Source of the DNA: a bacterium
GTDB taxonomy: Bacteria; Tectomicrobia; Entotheonellia; J063; CAVPRW01
Length of the DNA: 56,606 nt
Reading direction: 5' to 3'
NCBI GenBank assembly: GCA_046727435.1
Contig: JBKPCR010000333.1
Span: 1 to 56,606, forward strand
Of the stretch, positions 1 to 9,346 are shown piece after piece. The translations under genes and the position numbers were made by a program. The notes below the pieces were generated by a model, which did not search any database, was not told the DNA's origin, and worked only from the letters and a program-made list of their open reading frames with translations. The number at the start of each line of letters is the position of its first letter. The first letter of the stretch is position 1.

Positions 1-67
1 ATAGTGGGAGTTTCATCATAAATCAAGGGCGTTTCCGCCTCTCTTCTCTACGAGGGCGTGGTTCGAT

Positions 68-1606
68 CTAGGGTTTTTTCAACTGGAGATCCTCATAAGG
101 CCCTGAGTAGGCGAACTGCGGGATTATGCCGAGTCCTGAGACCTCGACTCGCGCCCCTGAGGCGCAGATGAACGCCGGGTCGAAGAGCGGTGCGTACATG
201 ACCTTATCATACATCAGGCGTTGGATCTGATAGAGCAAGTCCGCCCGCTTCTGGCGATCGCGCTTGACTGACTGTTGGGCGAAGAGCGCATCGATGTCGG
301 CGTAACCGCCGTAGGCATAGCTCCCGCCGGTGACCGCAAACGTCTCGATGCGCGTCGCGGCATTACCGAAGGCGCCGCTGACCCCCAAAATGAGGTGGTT
401 CAACTTTTTCTCGCGCCAGGCAGTGAAGAAGGCCGCGCGTTCCATGGTGCGCATTTTCACTTTAATGCCGATGGCTGTCAGGAAATTCGCTATCCCCTCG
501 GCAAAGGGATAAAACGGCGGGTTCGGCGTAATCTCGCCAGCGTCGAAACCGTTTGGGTAGCCCGCCTCCTTGAGTAGTTGCTTGGCCCTGGCGGGATCGT
601 ATGGGTAAGGCTCACGGGGGAACACGAAATCGAAGTCGCGGGGGATGGTGGTACCGGTGACCTTCGAGAGCCCGAGCGTTTCGGCTTCGTTGATCGCCTG
701 CCGATCGATGGCGTAATTCGCCGCCAGTCGGACCCGGCGGTCATGCCAGGGAGACTTGGGATCCCACTGTTCGGTGAAATAGACGAACCACACGGCTGGG
801 GGATAGACGGGCTCTAGCGTCAGGCGGGGATTACGTCGCACCTCCTCGGCCAGCGCCCCGCCGAGGCCAAAGGTGATATCCACTTCCTGACGTTTGAGCA
901 TGGCGACGCGCGTCGTTTCCTCGGGGACACCTTTGAAGACCAGGCGTTTCACCGAGGGCATCTTACGCCAATAGTGTTCATTGGCCTCGAACACCACGCC
1001 GATCCCCGGCTCATGGCTGACGAACTTATAGGGGCCAGCGCCGATGGGATGCTGTTTGAAACCATCGTCGCCCACCTGCTCGACATATTTTTTCGGGACA
1101 ATCCAGCCGGCACCGGTGGCCGGTGTGCCAAAGAAAGTCATAAAATCGGGCCAGGGCTCCTTCAGGTGAAAACGCGCCCGGCGTGGATCGACAATTTCGA
1201 CCTCGCGCACCCGCTCCTTATATTCCCTGGCAGAAGTCCCTTTGTAGCGCAGGAAGCTGAATTTCACGTCCTCGGCGGTGACGGGTTCGCCATTATGGAA
1301 GGTCAGCCCTGGGCGTAGGATGAACTCATAGGTCAGGCCATCAGCGCTTTCCGACCATGACTCCGCCAGGCTGGGAGCCAGGCGGTTATCCGGCATGGGT
1401 TTGACGAGGGCATCGTGCAGGGCATACAGAAACATGAACGGGGTGATGATACCGGGGGTCTCGGCGGGATCGAACCAGGTTGGCGCCAGCGTCACGTGCA
1501 CTCCCCAGGTCACGGTGCCCTCGGGCTTACCCTGCGCTACCGTGCCGGATGCCCACAGCAAGATCAGCACAAGCCACAGCATTGCCGTCACCACCCACTT
1601 GCGCAT
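68..1606 (-). CDS. ABC transporter substrate-binding protein, family 5 (peptide/nickel type, DppA/OppA/NikA-like), copy 1
   Basis: ORF 68..1639. Family-5 SBP motifs are present (HNGEPVTAEDVKFSF, GAGPYKF, EHYWRK). Signal peptide MRKWVVTAMLWLVLILLWASG. Start moved to ATG 1606 because GGAGGA lies 7 nt upstream of it. Confidence 0.85.
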   Translation of the reverse strand: MRKWVVTAMLWLVLILLWASGTVAQGKPEGTVTWGVHVTLAPTWFDPAETPGIITPFMFLYALHDALVKPMPDNRLAPSLAESWSESADGLTYEFILRPGLTFHNGEPVTAEDVKFSFLRYKGTSAREYKERVREVEIVDPRRARFHLKEPWPDFMTFFGTPATGAGWIVPKKYVEQVGDDGFKQHPIGAGPYKFVSHEPGIGVVFEANEHYWRKMPSVKRLVFKGVPEETTRVAMLKRQEVDITFGLGGALAEEVRRNPRLTLEPVYPPAVWFVYFTEQWDPKSPWHDRRVRLAANYAIDRQAINEAETLGLSKVTGTTIPRDFDFVFPREPYPYDPARAKQLLKEAGYPNGFDAGEITPNPPFYPFAEGIANFLTAIGIKVKMRTMERAAFFTAWREKKLNHLILGVSGAFGNAATRIETFAVTGGSYAYGGYADIDALFAQQSVKRDRQKRADLLYQIQRLMYDKVMYAPLFDPAFICASGARVEVSGLGIIPQFAYSGPYEDLQLKKP

Positions 1607-1674
1607 GCGTCTATCCTCCACACGTATGGCTTGAATCAAACGTCCTCATGCGGTGCAGACCAGGTGTGACCACA

Positions 1675-3219
1675 TCATTTCCCCTTCAAGCGCATGTCCT
1701 CGAATGGACCGGTGTAGTAGAACAGGGGGATCTTCCCCAGGCTGGCCTCTTCCACCCGCGGCCCCACGCCCGTGTGCCATACCCAGGCGTATAGCGGCAC
1801 GAACAGGGCTCGGTCATATGCCAGGCGCTGGATGTCGAGGAGCATGGCCTCGCGTTTGGTGACATCGGTCTCGACATCCTGCTTGCGGAATAACTCGTCG
1901 ATGTCCGGATGGTTGACGTACGCATACGTTCCAGTGCTAATGAAATAGTTTTCGATACGCGTCACAGCGTTGCCGAAGCCGCCTGCCCCACAGAAGCCCA
2001 TGCCACGGATCTTCTTCTCCTTCCAGGCTGTGAGCCAGGCGGCACGCTCCATGGTGCGAATCCTGCCCCGAATCCCCACCGCGGCCAGATAGTTGATGGC
2101 CGCCTCCGTCGGGCTGGAATACTGCACGGTCGTGGTTATCTCCCCGGCGTCAAAGCCGTTGGGATAACCCGCTTCTTTGAGCAGCTGTTTGGCGCGCTCG
2201 GGATCATAGGCATACGGCTCCACGGGCAGGGCGAACTCGAACTCTTTCGGAATGATCGAGCCCATCACTGGCGCCGCCCCATAGCTCTCCACGTCGGCAA
2301 TGGTTTTCTTGTCGATGGCATAGTTGGCTGCCAGCCGAATCCTCACATCATGCCAAGGGGACTTCGGATCGGCCTGATCGTGCAAGCAGACCCACTGCAC
2401 CGATTGCCCCCCTGAGGGGATGAGCCGCAGGCGAGGATCGCGTTTGACCTCTTCGCCGATAGCGCCCACCATGAGGTAGGCGATATCCACTTCGCCATTT
2501 TTGAGCTGGGCCAAACGGGTGGATTCATCCGGCACCACCCGCATGACGATGCGCTTGATGTGCGGGACTTTGCGCCAGTACTCTTCAAAGGCCTCCAGGA
2601 CCAGTTCCAGGCCAGCCTTGTGACTCACGAATTTGTATGGGCCGGCGCCGATGGGGTGTTCTGTGAAGCCATCGTCACCCACCTGCTCAAGATAGTTCTT
2701 AGGCACAATCCAGGCCGCACCGGAGGCCGGCGTGGCATAGAACATTAAGAAATCGGGCCAGGGGGTGTACAGACGGAAACGAACATGCTGGGCATCCACT
2801 ACCTCTACCGCCTTGACTTTTTCCTTCAATAACTTGGCTGCAGCCCCTTTGTAGCGCTCGAAGGTAAACTTCACGTCCTCGGCGGTGACCGGTTCGCCGT
2901 TGTGAAACTTGATGCCGGGGCGAAGCGTGAACTCGTAGACCATTTTATCGGCACTCTCCGTATAGGATTCGGCCAGGCTAGGCGTCATGCGCCCCTCGGG
3001 CATGGGCTTAAAGAGCGCATCGTGCAGGCCGTACTGCACCATTTTCGGAGAGATGATGCCGGTATTCAGGCCGGGATCGAACCAGGCCGGGGCCAGCGTC
3101 ACATGCATCGCATAGGTGAGTTCCCCCTCGGGCTTGCTGGCGGCCCTGCCCTCGCCGATCAGACATGCCACGCCAAGCGCCAGGAGAAGCGCAACACTCT
3201 TGATCCATCGCCCAGCCAT
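1675..3219 (-). CDS. ABC transporter substrate-binding protein, family 5, copy 2 (tandem paralogue of 68..1606)
   Basis: ORF 1675..3255 is collinear with copy 1 over its whole length and shares long identical blocks (HNGEPVTAEDVKF, EQVGDDGF, HPIGAGPYKFVSH, AKQLLKEAGYPNGFDAGEIT). Start moved to ATG 3219, which has AGGAGG 7 nt upstream and gives signal peptide MAGRWIKSVALLLALGVACL. Confidence 0.85.
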   Translation of the reverse strand: MAGRWIKSVALLLALGVACLIGEGRAASKPEGELTYAMHVTLAPAWFDPGLNTGIISPKMVQYGLHDALFKPMPEGRMTPSLAESYTESADKMVYEFTLRPGIKFHNGEPVTAEDVKFTFERYKGAAAKLLKEKVKAVEVVDAQHVRFRLYTPWPDFLMFYATPASGAAWIVPKNYLEQVGDDGFTEHPIGAGPYKFVSHKAGLELVLEAFEEYWRKVPHIKRIVMRVVPDESTRLAQLKNGEVDIAYLMVGAIGEEVKRDPRLRLIPSGGQSVQWVCLHDQADPKSPWHDVRIRLAANYAIDKKTIADVESYGAAPVMGSIIPKEFEFALPVEPYAYDPERAKQLLKEAGYPNGFDAGEITTTVQYSSPTEAAINYLAAVGIRGRIRTMERAAWLTAWKEKKIRGMGFCGAGGFGNAVTRIENYFISTGTYAYVNHPDIDELFRKQDVETDVTKREAMLLDIQRLAYDRALFVPLYAWVWHTGVGPRVEEASLGKIPLFYYTGPFEDMRLKGK

Positions 3220-3502
3220 GAGTACGCCTCCTGTCTTCATAGGCCATTGCTCCACGCGTGGGGAGCAGCACTAAAGCATCCTGCCATCGGGGGTTGCATT
3301 GCAGAGGAGGTATCCCAACTGGAATGGGGACACCGAATGGTAAAACCGGCGTTGGGGACGTCTAGCAGAGATCTAACTTCTGGTCGTTCCAATGGGCCAC
3401 CGATCACTCCCTGCGCCACTCGGCAGGCCGTGTCTTGCCCCTTCCCAGCTCGGCGGCGGGAGGGGTGCCTCGTAACATGCCGTCAAACTTGAAAATGGGG
3501 GC

Positions 3503-3531
3503 ACTCTACCTAAATGTCCGATGGCTGTCAA
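3503..3531 (-). promoter_or_regulatory. Candidate sigma70 promoter for the SBP pair
   Basis: On the minus strand: TTGACA (3531..3526), 17-nt spacer, TAGAGT (3508..3503). It would give a leader of about 275 nt before ATG 3219. Confidence 0.4.
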
Positions 3532-3728
3532 GTGTAAATCCAGTCGGGTTGCATCGCGGAGGAATCCGGTGAGTGAGACCCGTGTGCCGCCACCGTCAGG
3601 GGGCCTTCAACCTTGACACTGCCCCAGGCCCGCTGATACCATGACAGACCCATTTCATGGAGGCGAAAGGGGTGCGACACTGCGACATGATCGACAGCCT
3701 GGCAGTCGAACGGAGGAGGACCGCTTCT

Positions 3729-4133
3729 ATGGTGCAGCCAACGTATGATGATGCTAATCTGCTGCTGCGCTTGTACGAAATTCGCCGCGAGGACAAGCTG
3801 CGGCAGGCCCGTCAGTGGTTTTTATTCGAGTTCACACCGGGGGACTGGAAGCAGATCCGGGAGACGTTTTTCACCGGTTCGGAGCAGGACAACTACCTAC
3901 GGATGGTGGTGAGCTACTGGGATATGGCCTGTGCCCTGGTGAAGCAGGGTGTGCTCAATAAAGACCTCTTCTATACCACGAACGGGGAATATCTGGCCGT
4001 GTGGAATAAGACCAAGCCCTGGGTGGCAGGGGTGCGTGAGGAATTCAAGAATCCTTTTATGCTCCGGAACCTGGAGGAAATCGCTGAAGATACCATGCAG
4101 TGGCGTACACGGCAAATCGACAAAACTCAATAG
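3729..4133 (+). CDS. Hypothetical cytoplasmic protein (134 aa), no family recognised
   Basis: ORF 3657..4133. ATG 3729 is preceded by GGAGGAGGA (3712-3720). Amino-acid composition is balanced and protein-like, unlike the Arg/Pro/Gly-rich spurious frames elsewhere in the window. Confidence 0.55.
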   Translation: MVQPTYDDANLLLRLYEIRREDKLRQARQWFLFEFTPGDWKQIRETFFTGSEQDNYLRMVVSYWDMACALVKQGVLNKDLFYTTNGEYLAVWNKTKPWVAGVREEFKNPFMLRNLEEIAEDTMQWRTRQIDKTQ

Positions 4134-4160
4134 CTTTGTAGGGTGGGGGACATCGGGGTC

Positions 4161-6746
4161 ATGGAAGAACGTTATCCCTTTCAAACCATTGAACCCAAGT
4201 GGCAAGAACACTGGGAGGCGGAGCACATTTTCGAGGTCCATGAGAAAACAGAGCAGCCAAAGTTTTATCTCCTCGAGATGCTCCCGTATCCATCTGGACG
4301 TATCCATATGGGACATGTGCGCAATTACTCCATCGGCGATGTCCTGGCGCGGTTCCTGCGGATGCGCGGCGACAATGTCCTCCACCCGATGGGCTGGGAT
4401 GCGTTCGGCCTACCCGCTGAAAATGCCGCCATCGAAAACCGCGTCCATCCCGCCCGATGGACCTATGCCAACATTGCGGAGATGAAGACCCAACTTAAAC
4501 GCATGGGCTTCAGCTATGATTGGACGCGGGAGATCGCCAGTTGCGACCCGGAGTATTACATCTGGAATCAATGGATGTTTCTGAAAATGTGGGAGCGCGG
4601 CCTGGCGTACCGCAAGCAGTCGCTGGTCAACTGGTGCGATTCGTGCTTGACGGTGCTCGCCAATGAACAAGTCGAAGAAGGCGTGTGCTGGCGTTGCGGC
4701 TCGCCAGTGACACAGAAAGAACTGGAGCAGTGGTTCCTGCGCATTACCGCCTATGCCGATGAGCTGCTTGAAGGCTGCGACCGCATTGCCGCGGGTTGGC
4801 CCGAGCGCGTACTGACCATGCAGCGCAACTGGATTGGCCGCAGTACCGGTGTCGAGGTGGATTTTCCGGTGGTGGACGGCGACGCACCGATCCGCATCTT
4901 CACGACCCGTCAAGATACATTATACGGTGCGACGTTCGTAGTGTTGGCTCCCGAGCACCCGCTGGTCCGCCCGCTCATCGTCGGCCTGCCCCAGGAGGGA
5001 GAGGTGCTGACCTTTGTGGAACAGACCGCCCGCATGGATCGGATCGCCCGCACCGCTGTCACCACGGAAAAGCTCGGCGTCTTCACCGGCCGCCACGCCA
5101 TCAACCCCCTAACCCAGGAGTCGATTCCCATCTGGGTCGCCAATTTCGTCCTGATGGACTATGGCACAGGCGCCATCATGGCGGTGCCGGCACACGATCA
5201 GCGCGACTTCGAGTTCGCCAAGAAATATGGTTTGCCGATCCGGGTGGTGATCCAGCCTTTCGACCGGACACTGGACGCCAACACGATGACCGAGGCATAT
5301 GTTGACGAGGGGCGAATGGTCGACTCCGGTGCTTTCACAGGGCTCGAAAGTCCTGAAGGACGTAATCGAGTCGACGATTATCTTGAAAATCAATCTCTTG
5401 GATGGAGAACCATCAATTTTCGCATTAAGGATTGGGGCATATCTAGGCAGCGCTATTGGGGAACTCCTATCCCCATGATTCATTGCCCCCGTTGCGGGAT
5501 CGTTCCCGTCCCCTATGAGGACCTGCCCGTCGTACTGCCGCTGGAGCTGCAATTCGAGTATGGGGCGCGCTCTCCGTTGGCTGAAGCACCGTCCTTCTAT
5601 GCCGTCCTTTGTCCTCGCTGTCAGCAACCTGCGCGGCGCGAGACCGACACCATGGATACGTTCGTTGATTCCTCATGGTACTTCGAGCGTTACACCTCGC
5701 CCCGTGCGCAGGATGGCCCATTTGATGTGCACGCCGTGGACTACTGGATGCCCGTAGACCTCTACATTGGCGGCATCGAGCATGCTGTGCTGCACCTCCT
5801 GTATGCGCGGTTCTGGACCAAGGTGCTGCGTGATCTGGGGCTAATGAAGTATGATGAACCCTTCACGCGGCTGCTAACGCAGGGCATGGTATGCATGGAA
5901 ACCTTGTGGTGCCCGCAACATGAGTGGCGTTTTCCCACCCAAGTGCGGAACGGCACGTGTGTCGAGTGCGGCCGGGTAGTGACCATCGGCCGCATGGAGA
6001 AGATGTCGAAATCCAAACACAATGTCGTCGACCCGGACGAGATGATTCACAAATATGGGGCCGATACGACGCGGTTGTTCATCCTCTTTGCCGCCCCTCC
6101 AGAGCGTGATCTCGATTGGAACGACCAGGGTGTGGAGGGCTGCTACCGCTTCCTGAATCGGGTGTGGCGTATGGTGCGGCGTATCGTCGTGCACACCACT
6201 AACCTGGCGCGCGATTCGACCTCACCGCGCCCGGCTTCAGGCGCAGCATTAGCCTTGCGCCGCAAGACACATCAGACGATTCGCAAGGTGACAGAGGATA
6301 TCCAGGATCGCCTGCACTTCAACACCGCGGTAGCAGCCATCATGGAATTGATCAATGTGCTTTACCAGTTTGCTGTGGAGGAGGAGCAGGATGTACCGAC
6401 CCAACATGCCTTACGGGAGGCCGCCGAGACCACGACCTTGCTCCTCTCGCCATTCACCCCCCACATCGCCGAAGAGCTGTGGCAGCAGCTTGGCCATCAC
6501 GACAGCATTTTGCGCCAGCCGTGGCCGTCCTATGATCCGATGTTGACGCAAGAGGAGGAGGTCACTGTCGTCATCCAGGTCAACGGCCGGGTGCGCAGCC
6601 GCCTCATGGCACCGGCGTCGATTGCCGAGGACGACCTGCGGGAAGCGGCGTTGCGTCATGAGCGAATTCAGGAGTGGATTGCCGGGAAGGCGATCCGTAA
6701 GGTCATTATCGTCCCACAGAAGCTCGTCAATATTGTTGTCGCCTGA
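4161..6746 (+). CDS. leuS: Leucine--tRNA ligase
   Basis: Class-I HIGH motif ([13 protein letters not shown]) and KMSKS motif (KMSKSKHN), a CP1 editing insert, and a length of about 860 aa. ATG 4161 gives the N-terminus MEERYPF typical of LeuRS. Confidence 0.97.
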   Translation: MEERYPFQTIEPKWQEHWEAEHIFEVHEKTEQPKFYLLEMLPYPSGRIHMGHVRNYSIGDVLARFLRMRGDNVLHPMGWDAFGLPAENAAIENRVHPARWTYANIAEMKTQLKRMGFSYDWTREIASCDPEYYIWNQWMFLKMWERGLAYRKQSLVNWCDSCLTVLANEQVEEGVCWRCGSPVTQKELEQWFLRITAYADELLEGCDRIAAGWPERVLTMQRNWIGRSTGVEVDFPVVDGDAPIRIFTTRQDTLYGATFVVLAPEHPLVRPLIVGLPQEGEVLTFVEQTARMDRIARTAVTTEKLGVFTGRHAINPLTQESIPIWVANFVLMDYGTGAIMAVPAHDQRDFEFAKKYGLPIRVVIQPFDRTLDANTMTEAYVDEGRMVDSGAFTGLESPEGRNRVDDYLENQSLGWRTINFRIKDWGISRQRYWGTPIPMIHCPRCGIVPVPYEDLPVVLPLELQFEYGARSPLAEAPSFYAVLCPRCQQPARRETDTMDTFVDSSWYFERYTSPRAQDGPFDVHAVDYWMPVDLYIGGIEHAVLHLLYARFWTKVLRDLGLMKYDEPFTRLLTQGMVCMETLWCPQHEWRFPTQVRNGTCVECGRVVTIGRMEKMSKSKHNVVDPDEMIHKYGADTTRLFILFAAPPERDLDWNDQGVEGCYRFLNRVWRMVRRIVVHTTNLARDSTSPRPASGAALALRRKTHQTIRKVTEDIQDRLHFNTAVAAIMELINVLYQFAVEEEQDVPTQHALREAAETTTLLLSPFTPHIAEELWQQLGHHDSILRQPWPSYDPMLTQEEEVTVVIQVNGRVRSRLMAPASIAEDDLREAALRHERIQEWIAGKAIRKVIIVPQKLVNIVVA

Positions 6747-6870
6747 ATGCCTCCCACGCCCCTTCCGCCTTGCCAGGGGGGGGCGGGGGTGACCGAGGAC
6801 ACGACTGGTACGACCATCGCATCAGTTATCGCTCAGGGCGCAGTCGCCTTGTCAGGGGCTGCTTGTTCTC

Positions 6871-7350
6871 TTGGTAGTTGTCCTGGCCGGCTGCGGTTAC
6901 CAACTCAGCGGGCGCGCCGGGACGATTCCGGGGAATCTGCAGAGCCTCTCCGTCCCGATGTTCACTAATGTTACCACCGTCCCCGGCCTCGAGCAATTGA
7001 TCACAAGGGCGGTGCGCACGCAATTACAACGGGATGGACGAGTGCGTTTAGGCACAGACGCCAGCTCGGCGGCGCAGCTCCGCGGCGAAGTCACGCACTA
7101 TGGATTATTGCTCCTGGCCACCGATCCTAGCGATTTCGCCCTGGAGTATCGCATTGAGGTGGAAGTACATGTCACGGTCGAAGACCTCCGACAGCGTCAG
7201 ACGCTTCTGGACCACAAACTGGCCGTCACCATCGACTATGTCGTGTCATCGCAGGTGGTGCCGAACGAAATCGCTCGTGAACGGGCCATGCTGGCAGCGG
7301 CGCGCGAGGCTGGCGATCGTGTCGTCAGCCTCCTGCTCGATCGGTTTTAA
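6871..7350 (+). CDS. lptE: LPS-assembly lipoprotein LptE (RlpB)
   Basis: Perfect lipobox L-A-G-C followed by GYQL (E. coli has AGCGWHL). The leuS-lptE-holA order is conserved. Coordinates use the first canonical start, TTG 6871, but that leaves only 7 residues before the lipid Cys. An in-frame CTG at 6805 with GAGGA 5 nt upstream is the more plausible start (see findings). Confidence 0.75.
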   Translation: MVVVLAGCGYQLSGRAGTIPGNLQSLSVPMFTNVTTVPGLEQLITRAVRTQLQRDGRVRLGTDASSAAQLRGEVTHYGLLLLATDPSDFALEYRIEVEVHVTVEDLRQRQTLLDHKLAVTIDYVVSSQVVPNEIARERAMLAAAREAGDRVVSLLLDRF

Positions 7351-7483
7351 TGAGAGGTGCCGGTCACAGACAGTAGAGGGCTCCTGTCGGGGTGAGGGCT
7401 GCTCCCGCGGCGTTTCACCCCGCGGCATGAGCGGCGAAGCGTGCGCATAAACCGGTCACCGGTCACGTCAAGGGGAGGCACGG

Positions 7484-8500
7484 ATGGAACCTCGGGAGCT
7501 CGAGCGCCGCTTGAAACGGAACGAATTGGCCCCCGTGGTCTTCCTCTGGGGCGAAGAGTCCTGGTTGGTCGACGAAACCATCGGCCAGATCGAGGCGGTT
7601 GCCCTCGACCCTGCGGCGCGAGAATTTAATCGCGAGGTGTTTTATGGCGATGAGGCCGAGGCGCAGGCGGTCGTCACCGCGGCGCAAACCCTGCCATGGC
7701 TGGGATTGCAGCGTCTAGTGCTGGTGAGAGGGGCCGACGCCATGCCCCGTTCTGCCGATCCACCTCTGATGGCATACTGCAAGCAGCCTTCGCCCAGCAC
7801 CTGCTTAATCTTCACGGCGCAACGCGCGGAGGCGAGCCGGCCGCTCTTTGCCTCCCTCTTAAAGCTGCCCTGGGCCGTGCGCTTCCGGCGACTTCTACCA
7901 CGTGAATTATCCACCTGGATTGAACAGCGCATCGTAGCCAGCGGCTGCCGCATTACTGCGGATGCGGTGGCCGCTCTGATAGAAACGGTGGGGAACGACC
8001 TACGACTATTGGCGAACGAGATCGACAAGCTTGTGACCTTTGTTGGGTCTGAGCCAGCCATTGAGGTCGAAAGTCTGACCGCCCTGACGGATGATATACG
8101 GGAGATGTCAGCCTTTGAATTGGCACGCCTCCTCAGCGCGGGGGACCTGGCTGAAGCCTTGCGGGCCTGGGGCAAGTTCGCCTCCAGTGGAGAGTATCCC
8201 GGGCTGGCGCTCGGTGCAATCCTCCACCACGTGCGTCAGCTCTGGCGCATCAAGTTGGCGAAGCCTGCCAGCGCCTCTCCAGAACGCCTGGCACGCGAGC
8301 TCAACCTCCCGGCCTTTACCGTCCGTCGGCTCAGCGCCCAGGCGGCTGCCATCGAGCCCGACCGGCTTCGTCAATGGCTGGAAGCACTCTTGGAAGCCGA
8401 CCAGACGCTCAAGCGCTCTGGTCTGCCACCGCAAGCGGTTTTTGAGAGGCTGATTCTACGTTTCTGTGTGAGGAAAGGTGGGGTTCATGCTCCCGCATGA
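7484..8500 (+). CDS. holA: DNA polymerase III subunit delta
   Basis: N-terminal motif PVVFLWGEESWLVDE...FNREVFYGDE, a length of 338 aa, and position after lptE. SD GGGGAGG lies before ATG 7484. Confidence 0.9.
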   Translation: MEPRELERRLKRNELAPVVFLWGEESWLVDETIGQIEAVALDPAAREFNREVFYGDEAEAQAVVTAAQTLPWLGLQRLVLVRGADAMPRSADPPLMAYCKQPSPSTCLIFTAQRAEASRPLFASLLKLPWAVRFRRLLPRELSTWIEQRIVASGCRITADAVAALIETVGNDLRLLANEIDKLVTFVGSEPAIEVESLTALTDDIREMSAFELARLLSAGDLAEALRAWGKFASSGEYPGLALGAILHHVRQLWRIKLAKPASASPERLARELNLPAFTVRRLSAQAAAIEPDRLRQWLEALLEADQTLKRSGLPPQAVFERLILRFCVRKGGVHAPA

Positions 8501-8760
8501 AGGGCATAGACTTTGCGGCTCAGCGCGGCTTTCTTGCGGGCGGCCTTGTTCGGATGAATCACCCCTTTCCCAGCAGCTTTATCGAGTGCAGACACGGCCT
8601 TGCGGAGCGTGGTCTCCGCATTCGTGGTGTCTTTGCGCTCCACCAGGGTTTCCACACGCTTCGCGTACGTTTTAAGGGCCGATTTCACCGACACATTGCG
8701 CAGATGTCGTCTTTCCTCCTGCCGCATCCGCTTCATCGCCGATTTGTGGCGTTTGGCCAT
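8485..8760 (-). CDS. rpsT: 30S ribosomal protein S20
   Basis: MAKRHKSAMKRMRQEERRHLRNVSVKSALKTYAKR... is a textbook S20 sequence. Its 3' end overlaps holA by 16 nt, convergently. Confidence 0.95.
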   Translation of the reverse strand: MAKRHKSAMKRMRQEERRHLRNVSVKSALKTYAKRVETLVERKDTTNAETTLRKAVSALDKAAGKGVIHPNKAARKKAALSRKVYALHAGA

Positions 8761-8870
8761 ACTCTCTCTCCTTCATCGCTTGCCAATCACGGGATGGTGC
8801 GTCTTAAACCGCTTTTCGGGCGCCTCGGAGTGCAGCCAGCTGGCCGCCACTCGGTGAGTCAAACGGGTGC

Positions 8871-8899
8871 AATATACTAAACCAGCATCGAGGCGTCAA
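8871..8899 (-). promoter_or_regulatory. Candidate sigma70 promoter of rpsT
   Basis: On the minus strand: TTGACG (8899..8894), 17-nt spacer, TATATT (8876..8871). Leader is about 100 nt. Confidence 0.45.
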
Positions 8900-9074
8900 G
8901 AGGCGGGCCCGAGGTGAGGCGGATGACATGCCTGGCCCCCAAAAGACATGAGCACGCGCATGGGAGGCGCTCATGCCGCTGGCAACTAAGGGCACGGGGG
9001 CTGCCCTGGTATGCTCTACCGTCAACCGGTGTGCCTATGCTGGATTGAAAGTTATAGTCGCCGTGTTTTAAGCG

Positions 9075-9103
9075 TTGCAGGACACAACGAGCCCTGTTAG
9101 AAT
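9075..9103 (+). promoter_or_regulatory. Candidate sigma70 promoter upstream of xerD
   Basis: TTGCAG (9075-9080), 17-nt spacer, TAGAAT (9098-9103). Confidence 0.4.
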
Positions 9104-9346
9104 TGGCGTCTGGGCAAGCGTGCTGAACGGCAGCTTCAACATGGCTGTGAGGCGACCGCTCCAGCATGGCGGTTTGGCCCTGGCCACATCACTAGCAGTA
9201 GCCTCCTAGCTTGGGTTGCAGGGGCATAGGGCTGGTTAGGGTGGCTTGCTACAGGGAGTTGGTGTTGATGTCGGATGGAGCAGAAGGGCAGTTTCTCGTG
9301 GTTGCCGTCCGACATCGACTGGCCTGCGGGCCGGGGGGGAGGGGAG

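Noticed and set aside
3489-3520. Plus-strand promoter TTGAAA (3489-3494) for the hypothetical/leuS unit.
   Set aside because: The best -10 candidates (TAAATG at 16 nt, CTAAAT at 15 nt) match only 3 of 6 positions. That is too weak to list, although a divergent promoter here is likely.
6747-6968. ATG 6747 ORF (73 aa) directly after the leuS stop, and the idea that slippage at the G8 run (6776-6783) joins it to lptE.
   Set aside because: A one-base shift at the G-run enters the lptE frame upstream of the in-frame TGA at 6790-6792, so it cannot rescue the start. The 6747 frame itself lacks a lipobox at the right place and overlaps lptE out of frame.
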